A stretch of 64,000 nucleotides of DNA, taken from NCBI RefSeq assembly GCF_037042905.1, contig NC_087251.1, forward strand, positions 31,994,001-32,058,000. The letters are read 5' to 3'. The notes under the pieces are model-generated. The model did not search any database. It had not been told where the DNA came from and worked only from the letters and a program-made list of their open reading frames with translations. This DNA comes from Lytechinus pictus. Taxonomy: Eukaryota. A program made the translations under genes and the position numbers. This document shows positions 24,608 to 39,000 of this stretch, piece by piece (the first letter of the stretch is position 1; each line of letters begins with the position of its first letter).

Positions 24608-26139
24608 TAGGGTCCATGATTATACTGCCCCAGGGGAATAGGACCGGGAGGAAGCCACAAATCCCTGCTTAGGTACTTGGCCTGTGGGAAAGCTGTCCTT
24701 TTCCCCGTGTCATAATTTACTTACCAAATTGCCAATTTGAAATTTGCAGTCTTAGGGATATCTTAATTTTAAAGCAGCCATAACTTTCTCATTGCTTGTC
24801 CGATTTCTTAGCCGTTTTACTTATATTTCTCCCTTCCCACACAACATGTGTTATGGCCAATGTTGGGCCCTTTTATCCCAAGCCATGTACGTTTAATTTC
24901 TGTTCACTAGTGCAACGTTTATTTATATAAAGGTGACAAGCCATTTTTTTTTCAGTACATGTATTTAAAGAAAATCATCACTGTTCTGACACTTCCGAAC
25001 TTTCATGCGCATCGTGTTCCAACTCAATGCCCTATCCGGTGCAAGGAAAGAGACACACCTCCTTCACACCTCCAAATCCCTAACGAATTCAACCAATCAT
25101 GAACAAAAGGGGTGTGCGCATGTTCGGACTCGGGAAACTTTCCATAATGAGAATAGTGAGTGATTTTTAATGACAATTTTGCTTAACAAATCCGACGCAA
25201 GGACTTTACTTTGCTTTAAACAATAGACAGTGAAAATTACTGACTATTTTTCTCATGAAATGCTTTTCCGCTGAGGCTCTCAATGATGCCGTGTATGATG
25301 TACACCACTCATAGCCAAACGATGTATATTGGCAAGATGGGTCACTTTTGGCTTTGTGGTTGCGTCTTGCATAATAGTAGAAACTTGACGATTGGGACAA
25401 ATTCAGGATTCAATTCGTACGGTAATTGCATAGACAATAAATACCATGGTCCAACTACTTATAGGGAGAAATAAACATAGGGCTTGACTTAAAAGAGTTT
25501 TCTGATTTGTCTTCGTCTTAATAATTATATATTGGTGAAATTGTAGAGAAATTGAGATCGAGCAGATGGGTCTTTTTTTTTATGGGGGGGGGGGGAGGGT
25601 GTTGGGGCCAATGAGTTGTCACTTATTCAATTGTTATAACCCCCGTTTTGTTTTGTGTTAAAATTGGGGGATGTCTCCAAAACTAATTCTAGAGTGAGAT
25701 CTTCTTTTGGCTTCAATCATATTGCTTGTCAGCCATAATAGTGGCCGAGGGTCCGTGGATTGAGCCATATGTGAGTTGTTTATTTATTTTTTTTTCCCTG
25801 GAGGTGCTTTATGCTGGTAGTTCTTTATCAAAAAGAAATCACTGATAAAAAATGGCTCACTTAATCCCTGCAAAATTCGTTCACTGCGTATTTTTTTTCA
25901 CATTGGTATTGGTTACTATATAATGGGCCTATATAGAGACCGGTGATTACACCCCCCCCCCTTCCTGGTGGGATGATATAAATCATCGTTGAGATTAAAC
26001 ACATCCTTTTCTCAGTTATAAAAAAAATCTAGTTCATCCAGTGGTGTAATGAGTTTTTTTTGCAGGGGGGGGGGGGTAATGCCGCATTATGGTCCATGCT
26101 TCTAAAAAAATGCGAGGAGGCAGAAATGTTGTCCTTATA

Positions 26140-29127
26140 CAGGGGCGGATCCAGCTTCCGCCTAAATAGGGGGGGCCCAAATTATTTTCACCCATATTTT
26201 CCCCGATCGGTCGCTCAAAGTTGATTTTTGTTTGTTTTTTTCAAGGGGTTGTCCCACTGGCGTAATGAGCCAAAAATTTTGAGGGGGCTCGAAACGGCAT
26301 ATTATGCAAAATTAATAAGAAGTTGCGAGCGAAGCGAGCGAGCAAAAATTTTGATATTTTTATTACAACAATCAAAGTATGTGATAGTTTTTTACATAAC
26401 ACTTGGAAAAAGATATATCGGCCTAGATTTCTTTTTTATCCCTTTCCTCTTCTCTTTTTTTTGGTCATGAAGAATTGTTGGGGGGGGGGGGCAAAACGCC
26501 CATGTCCTAACAGTCATTTCTTAGCTCTATTCTTATATAAAACGACATACAAGTGTAATAATCTCATAAGCCCTATTAAGATAGTGCGAGCGCGAAGCGC
26601 GAGCTTAACATTTTGGGAGTTTCATGTATTTTGTTCTGAAAATTGAACATTCTGGGCAATGTTTGTAATAAAATTGTAAACCTGACCAAGATGCGTTTGT
26701 AACTAAACCCCTCAAAAAATGTTTGGAAATCTGAGTTTGACCATTAATATCTCCCACCTCCCAATTTTACACAATGCATATTTGACGTCATTCAAAAGAT
26801 AATTTAATTCTCTTTAAAATGATACCATGTTTGTTATGATTATGCCATCACGAAAAGAGCATGATTCAAAGATGTTGGATGAGGTCTAAATTGAAAAGCT
26901 GCAAAACGAGCAAAAAAAAGTTTGGAAATCTGAGTTTGGCCATTAATTTCTCCCACCTCCCAATTTTACACAATGCATATTGGATATCATTCAAAAGATC
27001 GTTTAATTTTCTTTAAAATTATACCATACTTGTTATGATCATGCCATTACGAAAAGAGCAGGATTCAAAAGTGTTGGATGAGGTCTAAATTAAAAAGCTG
27101 CAAAACGAGCAGAAATGGTCATGGAGGGTCAATACAGAACATGATTCTTTTGTCTGTGTTAATAGAGATGAAAATCCATTCAAATCAAGCCCCTGCTTCT
27201 TAATTAATTATGTTTTGTTGTGGTTTATGTAGTGATGGTTTGTTTGTTTGTTATTTGTTTGCTTGTGCAGAGGTGTGTTTGATTCTATGTTAATGTATGA
27301 AAACAATTAAAAGAAACCGCTGAGAAACTCACTCATCACTACGGAAAAGAACAGTGCCTTTCAATATTGTGTCTTTATGCAACTTTTGAATTTTGACCTT
27401 GCCCCACATTTCAAGACACTGCACCTCCATGTGAACCATAATCATATCATGTAGGGACAGTAGGGTATCATTTTAAAGAAAATGAAATGGTCTATTCATT
27501 AATATTAATTACACATTGATATTGACTAAAACCGAGGATGGATTATCGATCAAAGTCAGATTTCCAAACTTTTTTTTGAGGAGTGTAGATAATTACTGCG
27601 AGCGCGAAGCGCGAGCAGAATTTTTTAATATGGGTTCTGGCTTGATCGAAAAGGGACCTGTTAAGGACGTTTTGCAGTTAGCCGCTAGACGATGCACTGG
27701 TATTTCTTAACTATTAAATAATGCGAGCGCGAAGCGCGAGCTGAAAATTTTTGATATTCCGACCTAAAAAAATTGACATTCTAAGCACTTTTTGTAATCA
27801 TTAACGGTATAGGTAAATAACCAAACCATTGATGCGAGCGCGGAGCGCGAGCGGAAAAAAGAGATTTCAGACCTAAAAATGGGACACCCTAGTTTTATAA
27901 ATCATGAAAAAGGATGGGTAATTTGGTATTATCCTACATTAAATAATGCGAGCGCAAAGCGCGAGCAGAAATCTTTTTGGATAATTTTAGCACGTTTTGA
28001 ATGAAGATCAAGATGCGTATTTCAATCCGATTTCAATAAACATGTAAGCGGGTGTTTTAGAGTTAGACAGAATCTGGGCATTCTGAATACATTCATTTTT
28101 TATCATGAAAATCAATAATGCGTGCGCGAAGCACGAGCAGAAAATATTTGATCTGGTATGAAAAGGGTGAATTTAAGCACTATCTTAAGCACTGTGTAGG
28201 GGAATTGTGAAGTGGATGTGGATAGCATTTAATAAATGATGCGAGTGCGAAGCGCGAGCTGATATTTTTATTATAATTTTGACCTATAGGACCTGGAAAT
28301 TCTAGGCCTAAGGACATTTTGTAATCATATGAAAATGATGACTATCTTCCTATATATTCCTCTTCCTAAGCGCGATATGAAACTTGTCGATATTCCTTTC
28401 TGAAGGGACAATTTAGTTATTAGGAATCAATGAAAATTGTATTATCATATTTATTAATGTAATAAGCCTAATGAATGAGTGAAATTTGTTGACATTGAGG
28501 CCTGAAAACTGTACATTTTAAGCACTTTTGTAATCATGAAGAGGATTCATGAGTTTTTGTTGTTGTTGATAAGCTGTCATAAAAGGGGGATTTTAACTAG
28601 TTAGTTATAGAATTAATATATAAAGGATCTTATGGAATAAACAAAGACAATAGGTAGGCCTACTTGGCAATTAAATCAATCAATGCGAGCGCACAGCGCA
28701 AAATGCTGCAAATGATATTCACAACATGAAACGGACATTTTACAGAGAACTTAAAAAAAATCAATTTGTAAATCAAACAAAATATGAAAGCTCGATGTCC
28801 GAGCTGAAATATGCTTTGTATATTGACTTCAAAACTTGATATTTTAAGCTACATATCAGCCTATTGAGCAAGATGTGTATCTCATCGAACAGGCAATGCG
28901 AGCGAAAATTTAATATAGTGATATGAAATATTAAAAAAAATTATTTTCCAAGACTTCCCCTGACCTTATTTTATTCACTCGTCTCCCTCCTCTTAATTTT
29001 TCCTCTTCTTTTTCCTCCTTTCTTTGCCCTTCTTTTTCTTTTTTCTTTCTTTCCCCCTTTTTTCCATTTTTTTGCTCCGCCAATAGGGGGGGGGGGGCAG
29101 CCCCTCGGCCCCCTGGATCCGCCTATG
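26140..29127. mobile_element. TIR element CAGGGGCGGATCCAG...CTGGATCCGCCTATG with repeated GCGAGCGCGAAGCGCGAGC motifs; superfamily unassigned
   Basis: TIRs as stated, with a 6-bp direct repeat CTTATA at 26134-26139 and 29128-29133. It appears to sit inside a CAGTGGTGTA...TGCGCCAGTG element (26039-29290). Confidence 0.7.
26706..27585. mobile_element. TA-flanked TIR element (Tc1/mariner-like MITE) with internal ~200-bp tandem duplication
   Basis: CCTCAAAAAATGTTTGGAAATCTGA versus TCAGATTTCCAAACTTTTTTTTGAGGAGTG-TA. 26720-26915 is repeated at about 26920-27112. Confidence 0.65.
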
Positions 29128-30006
29128 CTTATAAAATGTAAATGCAATTTGTGATTGTTCTTGACACAATATATTAGGCCCTAATATTCAACAAAAATAC
29201 TATTTCAACATTCCCCTTTCCTTTTCTCCCTTTTCTGGGTCGTACGTCACTGGGAAAGGGAAACAGAGCGACTCCCTATATGCGCCAGTGCTCGAGATCA
29301 TAAAAAAATAGAAATTTGTGATGATGATTATCATCCGAGTCATCATGATCTACATCATCATATCATGTGGCGGTGAATCTGTCAATCCCATCATCATCTT
29401 CATCATTATCATAGGCGGATTCACGATTTTCCAAAAGGGGGCACATTTCCCGAGGAAAATTTGACAAGCAAAAATCATCATCATCATCTGTTGGCGCTGG
29501 CTAATTCTATCAACCATCAATCCAAGACCTATCTATACTGGCTCCCGTCCTACTGGTTTTCATATTTGCCGTGGGACAGACGGCCCACCCCCCCCCCCCC
29601 CAAAAAAAAAAAAAAAAAAAAATTAATAATAATATATTAAAAAATAAAAAAATAAACAAACTAATTCATTCATTAATTGATTATAATTATGAATGGTGAA
29701 ATATGTTTTCATTTTCTGAATATTATGTCGAAACCTAACACAAAATTATATTTTTTTATTTTGAAAAAGGTCATCAATTTTGTTCTCCCGTCATGTGACT
29801 TTTTAGAAATTTATTTCACAGTGGCAAAGTGTCACACTTCCAAACAGGTCCGATTGATCGCGCTGATTTGGGAAAACACAAGTGCTACAGAATTTTCCAG
29901 GAGTAAGATATCTTCCGCGGTACATTCCTTCTCGATCTCTCTGTTACATATCCCAGGCCAGTGGTAGACAGCTCCGTCCGACATCGAACACATTTAAAGT
30001 GTGAAA

Positions 30007-33000
30007 ATGGCGTCTTCAGTATTGCGTATTGGACGATCCGGTTCATCTCTCCTCGCCAGGGTAATTATGCTCTATTTTTACAATAAAAATATATAGTTTG
30101 AGATCAATGAAAGATAAATTGTGGATGTGGCACTGTCACTAATAAATGATGTCTCTCGATCGAGAGGACTGGAAGTGCGTGTGTGGCAGTGGAGTGGTGA
30201 CTGCAGTTGCACTTGCAAGTTGCAGTGTGCAGTGCATGCATGTTAAGCAAATTGAGTGACATGTCTGCTTGTATTTTACCTCAACTTAAGTGATGTTCGT
30301 GCAGGCTCCACTTCACTACCGGTACACTACGCTCCACCTACCCGAACATCAAGAGAGTGAACTTGTTCGGATACTCCGAGTGGCAAAGCAGAAAGGTGGG
30401 AAAAAAATGCACATTTATTTTTAAAAATATCCAAAAAAAAGACATCAACAATAAATAAAACTAAAACTTTAAAAGCTTAATTTCTAACTCTTCACCCTTT
30501 TGGCCTTATGTCACTCCGTGTCCATCCTCCGGTCATCCTCAAAATTGGTGATTTTTGGCAGTATCTAATTCCTCACACGTATTATTCTTGGCCGATTTCA
30601 AAACATCGCACGCGAGGGTCGCAGCCTCAAACAGCATGAATATTTATATTACATTGGATGGCTCAGAATGGAATACCTGATCAATGGAATATATTTTGAC
30701 AGTTTAGTGAGATTTATTTTGTAAGCGATGATTCTGATCTCGTAAACTGTCTTTTTTACTCATGGAAATGGGAACCAGCATGTATACCCAGTTGTTGTGT
30801 GTCCGGACAGGTTGTGTGTCCAGACGATCAATTTTAGAAAGTCATTTGGAAAATTTACAAGCGAAGTTTCATCAATTTTTAGTGCAAAATGTAAGGAAAT
30901 ATTATAGAGAACAAAATGGAAGATGATTACAACTATTGAATTCATATTTTTAGTGTAATCCAAAGACAAAGAAGAAGGCTTCAAAAATATAAAGTGTCCA
31001 GACACCTGACCCCCCATCCTACAAACCTACAGAGAATTCCATAGAGATGTTGAGGTATGGTAGGTAGCTCAGTCGGTAGAGTGGGGATTTTGGATTCCGG
31101 TGACCCTTTGGTAAGGCATTAATCCTCATTACCAAGTCCTTAGGAGAGGACCTGAAGCCATCGGTCCTATAATTGCTTGCTCACAAGCATTCATGCTTTC
31201 TTAGCAATCAGGTAAAAAATCACCACTATTTTACCATTTTTTTTAATCATGTAAGCTAAAATGCTGGTTCCCATTTTGACTGAGTAGATAAATACAGTTC
31301 ACTACTTGAGATTTATTTCATCAGTGATGATTCTGTCGAAGTAAATCTTATTAGTTATTAAACTGTCTTTATTAAGTCACGGAAATGGGATCAACATGTG
31401 CAACTCTATGGAGAATTTTTGATAAAGATGTACACGCTCATGCCCATTTCCATGTGTAAATGAAGACTAGTGAGATCTATTTAATCAGAAATTCTGAATC
31501 ATCACTGACAAATTAAATCTCACCAGTTCAGGAGATTGTGATGGGAATGCAAGCAAAACATTTTTTCCAAGTGTTTTGAGGGAAACCAGTTTAATATAAG
31601 AAGATGAGAATGGAGTCCTTATGATTGTAATTGATGCATGTGTGTGTGTGCTGGTGGGTCTCATGAATGTGTTGCGAAGGTTGGGCTTATTTGCAGAAGA
31701 CCCTGACATTTTGTCCCCAGCCCCAGGTGCCATTCACCCTGCACATATAGTGGTTTATTCTGTCTGTACAAATGAAGACTCATGCAGGATATTCTCTAGT
31801 TGGTTCAAAGGTTATGAATGTGAAATAAGAAGAACAAAAAAGGCGAAGGCCTTTGCCTATAAACAGTCACAATCTGGCTTATAGTAAAAATGCACAATGG
31901 AAAACATGCTCTTAGGTCTTAAAGCCAATCGGTAGTGGTAGTCATTTTTTTGTTTAACTCAAATTTTTTTAACCTGGTTCTACTTGGAGAAACCCAACCA
32001 GATGCACAACACTTGACAAGTATGGAAGGCCAAATAACTGTCCAAACTATAACTTCCCACAAAATGAAGGGAAATTACATTATAGACATATGTTATCTAA
32101 ACTGACAAAATAAACTCAGAGCAAGTGCTTGAAGGACAGTAGGACCTTTAGTGTCGCTGTTTTTTGAAGAAATTTAGATTTTGTTACAAACCAGAAGAAT
32201 TTACAAAACTGTGGACTGGCATTATGTCAGTCCATCTCTCATTTCCTTCCAAATCAAAGCTACATGTAGCTAACTAGCAAGCTAAAGCTTCATTCTCTAT
32301 TTTGTCTAAGGTGGTCTTTCATTTTTAAATTTCCTTTTTAATTTTTAGAGTCTGCTTGGTAGTCGAGCTGGAACATGTAACTACTCAAGTGCAGTAAGTA
32401 TAGTCAACTTTTTAACATTTTGATATTGCTAGTGTCAGCATTATAAAGTTTATGCTTTTTGTATTGTGAAAAATGCTTGTATAATATGCTCAGCTTGTAG
32501 GCATAGAGCTAGGAATTGAACAGATTTGACATGGCTGAACCTTGAGCTATATAGAAGGATGGGTGAATATTTGTTGTTTAAGTATGCCATACCATGTTAT
32601 CAGAACTCATGGCCTAGTTGCCAGAATATAAATAATTCATGATATTACTGTTGGGACTACATGTACGAACATCCTTGGTTAAAATACTGCCATTACATGT
32701 ACTATTGTACATTATTTTTTATAGAAATCCCTTTTCTTTCCTTCAAAAATTGATATGCATTTACATGTGAAATCTGTTTTAATGTTGAATTTTGTTTAAA
32801 CTTCAATAATTTTCCTTTCATCAATTTTGACAATCACAGCCAACTACCAAATTGCTTATCAATGGAGAAATGGTAGACTCTCAGACTGCAGACTGGATTG
32901 ATGTCCACAATCCTGTAAGTTCATTAACAAACTATCAAAATAAAAAAAAAATAAATTCTTTCCAACTTATTGTAAAATTGTGAAAACATTCTGAGGATGA

Positions 33001-36000
33001 TGACCTTTGTATTGATGTTTTCGCTTTTGGTCCTAATTGAAATTATAAACCCATGGATATAGTGTTCAGCCTTGAGATTACTGGAATCAATATTACTCAT
33101 GTACATACAAGTGTAGGATAAGATTTCTATCAATGAGTAAAAATTGGTTCTCCAGGAATTATGATTAATGTCAGTTATATATTTTTTTATCTTTAGATGT
33201 TATGTACATGGAATACAAAGGTGGCGGATTGTAATTGTTTGAAGGACAAATATTGCCCCCTTTTTTTCTGTCCATGCCTCGCATTCCGCTGCCTATGTAT
33301 CATTTGTTTGCAAATATGTTTCAATGCTAAAAACTTGAATTTTATTAATTTATGTCTTTGCAGTCTTGTTTCATATGACTCCCGTGTTGCCCAGAATTGT
33401 ATTTTTTAGTTGATGACCTGGGCTTATTACCTTTCTTATGTACACGCTTCACCTAAGTTGCTTTGTTTGAAAAATCTTTTGTGGCTGATCTAACACAACA
33501 CAGGCAACCAATGAGGTAGTAACAAGGGTCCCTAAAGCTACTTCCAGTGAGATGGAAGCAGCTGTTAATGCTGCACAGAACGCCTTCCCAGCGTGGTCTC
33601 AGAGTAGTATCCTATCAAGGCAACAGATCATGTTCAAATATCAACAGCTCATCAAAGATAATATGGTAAGGAAGCGCTATAAGTATTAAATTCTTGTCTT
33701 TGTAATTTGTTGAATAAGTCTGTGATTTCAATATATATTTTTGGGGGTGAATTACTAGCTATCCTGTAAACCTGTACAGTTATAATTATGGGCGTATTCG
33801 GCAGTCATACAATATTCAATTATTTTCATGATTCTTTTTACATGTTATGTTTCCATTCCCTTGGAACTTGGACAGAAGGCAATTGCCACAAATTCTCCGG
33901 GGATTTCAAGAGAAATACATTCCATTCTTTCAATATGTAATTGTATTTTGTATTTCTTTTACTGAGTAAAATAATGAAAAAAATTTCAAGCGAATATGCT
34001 GTATTGGTTGAAAACCAGCATATTTACAATAAATAACTGAGAATACCTTCTGTGCAAGCAGAAAGTTACAAGGTGTAAATGCATGTAATAATAATAATAT
34101 AGGTAGATTTACCCAGGGAAGCCACTTCAGTTCTGAAAACTGTTCTCCCAGCGGGCCGTGCTATTATTATTACCCCGGCTTTAGCTGGGCTGCCTAGGCA
34201 CTCAAGCATTCAAGGAATTTCTTCCTACTGGGTACCCATTCACCTCACCTGGGTTGAGTGCAGCAAAGTGTGGATAAATTTCTTGCTGAAGGAAATTATG
34301 CCATGGCTGGGAATCGAACCCATGACCCTCTGTTTCAAAGTCAGAAGACTAATCCACTGGGCCGCAACGTAAGAGATAAAGAATGTGAGAATACAAGAAA
34401 GATAGACAATTCAACAAAAGATTATAACAATAAACAAAAGGCCAAATTAATAGGGCTCAAGTAAACATAATTTAAAACGAAAACCTCCCATAAATCTAAG
34501 ATAACTTTGGTAAAATAACACTAAATAATGTAATAAAAAATTGTTAAATAATAATAATAATACCAACATGCTTATTTAGCCCATATCACTGCTAAATGCA
34601 TCCCTATTTGCTCAGTTTCATATTATTACCCTGGCTTTAGCCCCGCAACTTTGTACAGCGCTTTTTTATTTCAAGGAATAAATCCTGCCAGGTACCCATT
34701 CACCTCACCTGGGTTGAGTGCAGCACAGTGTGGATAAATTCCTTGCTGAAGGGAATTACGCCATGGCTGGGATTCAAACCCACGACCCTCTGTTTCATAG
34801 TCAGAAGAATAATCCATATGTTTATGAATACGTTTGGTATTTGACAGAAAAGACTTGCTGAATCAATCACATTAGAACAGGGCAAGACATTGGTAGATGC
34901 TGAGGGTGATGTCCTGAGAGGATTACGTAAGTTTGTTATTTTTACACTTGTTAAAAAATTAAAATTCAATATTAATGGGATACAACGTATTGTGCTGGTA
35001 ACTCCTTGGTTTTACATAAAATTGAAATAAAGTAATTGCATTGTGTGAAAGTAGTTCTTCATATTATCCATAGATAGAGTTTGTTATTCACCACTCCAAT
35101 TGCAAAAGATGTTTGAAGAGCATATGAGCTGTTTAGTTGGAAATAAGGCATTCACACATTTCAACTAAAGCACAATTTGTAATAAATGTTGACATTCTTT
35201 CAAATTGCATTTTATGTCAATATCTCATCAATCATAGTATGTTTTTATTGTATCAGTTATTACAAAATTTTCATTGATAAATATTGCTGAACTTTATGTA
35301 AGTTTTATTATTTTTTTCAATGCAATGATTGTTCCATCTTTATCATTCTTAATTCAGAGGTTGTTGAGCATGTATGTAGCATTACATCATTGCAGCTTGG
35401 AGAAACTCTACCATCCATTGCAAAGGACATGGATACTTACACAATGCGTGTACCATTGGGAGTCTGTGCTGGTATCACACCGTAAGATCACATAAGTCAT
35501 TTTTTTCTTTCCTTTATTATTAAGTACCGGTACCCTATCATGTATTCTTTCATTTTCAAGTGGGATCCACACTGTACAAGCACTACTATTAGTGCACTTC
35601 CCTTATTTCCATGTCCATATGCTCTATTTTTCAATTAAAAAAAAACATTATTTACAATGTAAGTCTATCTTGCAATTCCCAATTATGTTGTTATAATGTT
35701 CATTAATTTCAATTTTATTTATGTTAATTTGTATTTTGTTTGATTGGAAATGAAAAACAAAGTCTTCAATCTTAAAATAAGGATAATTTTTTTGATACAA
35801 TATCACCTTTTACCAACGATGATTGAACAAGGGATCATCAACATTGATCATTCTTCCCTGATTCCTTGTATTTACAATTTATTTACCATTTATCCATTAC
35901 AACATGGGATTAGAATTCCTATTTTATTCTCATCTCATAAGTAGACATTCTTGTTTGAAGATCTCGTGTGACATCAGCTGAAAACGATCTTCCAGCATCA

Positions 36001-39000
36001 AGAAAGAAAGGAATGTTCTCATATTCTTGAAAGCATCCAAATAAATCAAAATAATTTCAAGAAAATATGGAAAATATATGTTCATTACATGGATGTAGAG
36101 ATGTAAAATGTGAAATCGCAGCAACTTTTAGGGAAGTTTTTTTTTTAAAGTTTATTTTATTACCCTGCCGGTTAATCCTAACCGCCCGTTTATTCATAGC
36201 ATTTAGATGTTTTTCAAAATAAACGTAATGACTCGGGGCCTTCCCATACTGAACCATTCTTTGCTGACTCCTATGTAATTATACTATCTGAATTGTATTT
36301 TGTTAAACATTGTTTAATAACATTTTAATATCCTTTCTATCCTTTGTCACAGATTCAATTTCCCTGCCATGATTCCATTATGGGTAAGTATTCTACCGAT
36401 TTGACCTTCAAGTTTGCAAAGTGATTTATATTTACTCAAGGGATTTGTCCTATCAGTGACCAGCTTGCTTATCAAATTAGGCAATTATATGAGTTCAACT
36501 CATTGTCTTGCTCCACTAACTAATGTCAATAACACTGTTCAATTACTAAAGATTTCAGAGAAAGATAGTGCAGTCACCCTTTAAATTGATTGAAATTGTC
36601 CACAGCCTATTTGAATTTTATAGCCTTGTCCCATGTATTCTTCCATTTTGTGCTGTTTTGGCAGCAAGGGATTTCTTGGTGCACTTTTCATTTACTTCTA
36701 GTTATACAGAGCTGCCAAGTAGTACGATTTTTTTTAATTTTTTTTTTACAAAATCGAAATTTATTGAGAAAAATCATCTCTATATGTCTCTATTTCATAA
36801 AACGTACACAAATATGGTTATTAGATCAATGTAATTTCAGGTAACTTGTTTTTTTTTTCAATCATTTTGTAAAAAAGCAGTGCACATTTTAGCTTGCATG
36901 CAGCTTGAGCGCCGTGATGGGCGAGTGCGCCAAGCATTTTATTATGAAATACACTTTTTGGGGAAAAATACAAAATGTTTATCTCACACAGTAAAAATAC
37001 TGATTTTTTTGTCAAAATACTGATTTTGGGGGATAAGAATACTGAAAATGCAAAATACAACTTGGCAGCTCTGGTTATACCTTATCTTTATTGCATGTGA
37101 TTAGGCTCATTGAAGTCTTCATACCTTCAAATCTTGATTCATGTATGTGGGTTCAAGGCTGCTCCTGCTGTGATATCATGTATGATGGCTTAAAAAGCCT
37201 GGTGATAGAATCTACCCCCCCCCCACACACACACACACACAAACAGACACATGTGTCTCATAATAATATATCGCTTCTGGGTCTGTAACGTGCTATGGTG
37301 TCAGATATTCAAATCGAAATGTTACATTGTACAAATGGTTTTGTGTAAATCTCTTGCCATTTGCTTGCTACATTCTGGAAATTGTGGTTAATGCCATTAG
37401 CAAGAATTAGGCTGGCCCAAGTAACTGAGCTCTCTATGCACTTCATAATTATGAATAAACAAAATCCAGATATAGACATTACATTAATGTATTCCTATAA
37501 CAAGTAAGTTACTACCAAAAAATATTGCAACAGTAAAATGATTCATCAGTGGCATGATATCTTTCTGTTGTGTAGATGTTTCCTGTAGCGGCTGTTGCTG
37601 GTAATACAGTGGTTATGAAACCATCAGAGAGGGATCCTGGAGCCTGTATGATCCTAGCTGAACTAGCCAAGGAAGCTGGTTTACCGGATGGAGTACTCAA
37701 CATTATTCATGGACAACATGATGGTGAGATGTGGTGGGGTTTTGATGGTTGTGGTTGTGGTGAAATTGATGGGTGATGGTGGTGCTGATGGCAGGGCTGC
37801 GAAGTTTCTCTGATTTAGAGTCCCTAAAAATTGACTGATTCTCAAGTAAAAAACTGCAAATTTCAACATCTCCCTTATTCATACATTGATTTCTTCAGTG
37901 GATTGTGTGGAATCAAGAAAGATCTCACTCCTTCCTCTGTAAAATATACCTGAAAGGTGAATATTAAAGTTAGCAGCTCTCTGATGGTTGATGGTGTTGG
38001 TGTGGTGGTAGATTAAGCTGTAGAAACATTGTCTTATTATATTAATGTTGGCTTGCCATTCATTTACAGTTTGAGTTCATTATGATTTTTCATTTATTGC
38101 ACATTTTCTGTTTACCCAAGGAGTCTCAAGAACTGGAGCCCTCTTTTCAGTATTAAAATAGGGAGTCTTCACACCATGACAAAGAACAAATGCTAGAACA
38201 CAACACTTGCATTAAAAATGCAAGTCGAATCACAATGAAAAACTGAGGGGTCCGTGTCAAATATTGGTGAATCCGAACAGCAGTTTCAGCCTACGTTTTG
38301 GATCAGATGAAAATTTGAAATTTTATATGTTGTTTGCTCCGGAGTCCAGGACAAAAATGCTTGTCAAATGTCCTGCATGACAATAAAGTCTTGTCAATTC
38401 ATTTTTTATGTTTCCTAAAGCATTCTACAAAAACTCTGTATTAATATCCAGGCTTGTATAGAATTCAATCATTTCTCAATTTTTCTTTTTTTCATGTCTA
38501 TCATCTGTAGCTCCTAATGTTGTTTATGATGGTATTCTTTAATTCAAGCATTCTGTATCATTTTTCCTTACAGCTGTGAACTTCATCTGCGATAATCCCC
38601 TGATCAGGGCTGTGTCGTTTGTTGGATCAGATCAGGCTGGTAACTACATCCACGAGAGAGCAAGCCGGAATGGCAAGCGTGTACAGTGTAACATGGGAGC
38701 AAAGAACCACGGTGTTATCATGCCTGATGCAAACAAAGAGAATACTCTCAACCAGGTACTTTCTTGTTTTAAAAACTATGAGCATTTCAATAGATGACAA
38801 GTCAGGAGAAAAAGTACACAGGGCTCAAGCAATTTCGCCACCAAAATGCTCAAGAGAGCACTTTAAAATAAAAAAGGGCCCTGGGAAATCTTATCTGTTA
38901 AAGCCTATCCTTCGTTGCAAATTTAGGCGGTAGTTTGTGCAAAGTATCCCCTGAAAATCAATTTTGACCTATTGTAAACGTTATACAAATAGCGAATAGG

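Noticed and set aside
33485..33503. CTAAC close to the AG with no pyrimidine tract, suggesting a U12 intron
   Set aside because: The donor is GTAAGT (U2-type), not GTATCCTT, and the branch site lacks TCCTTAAC.
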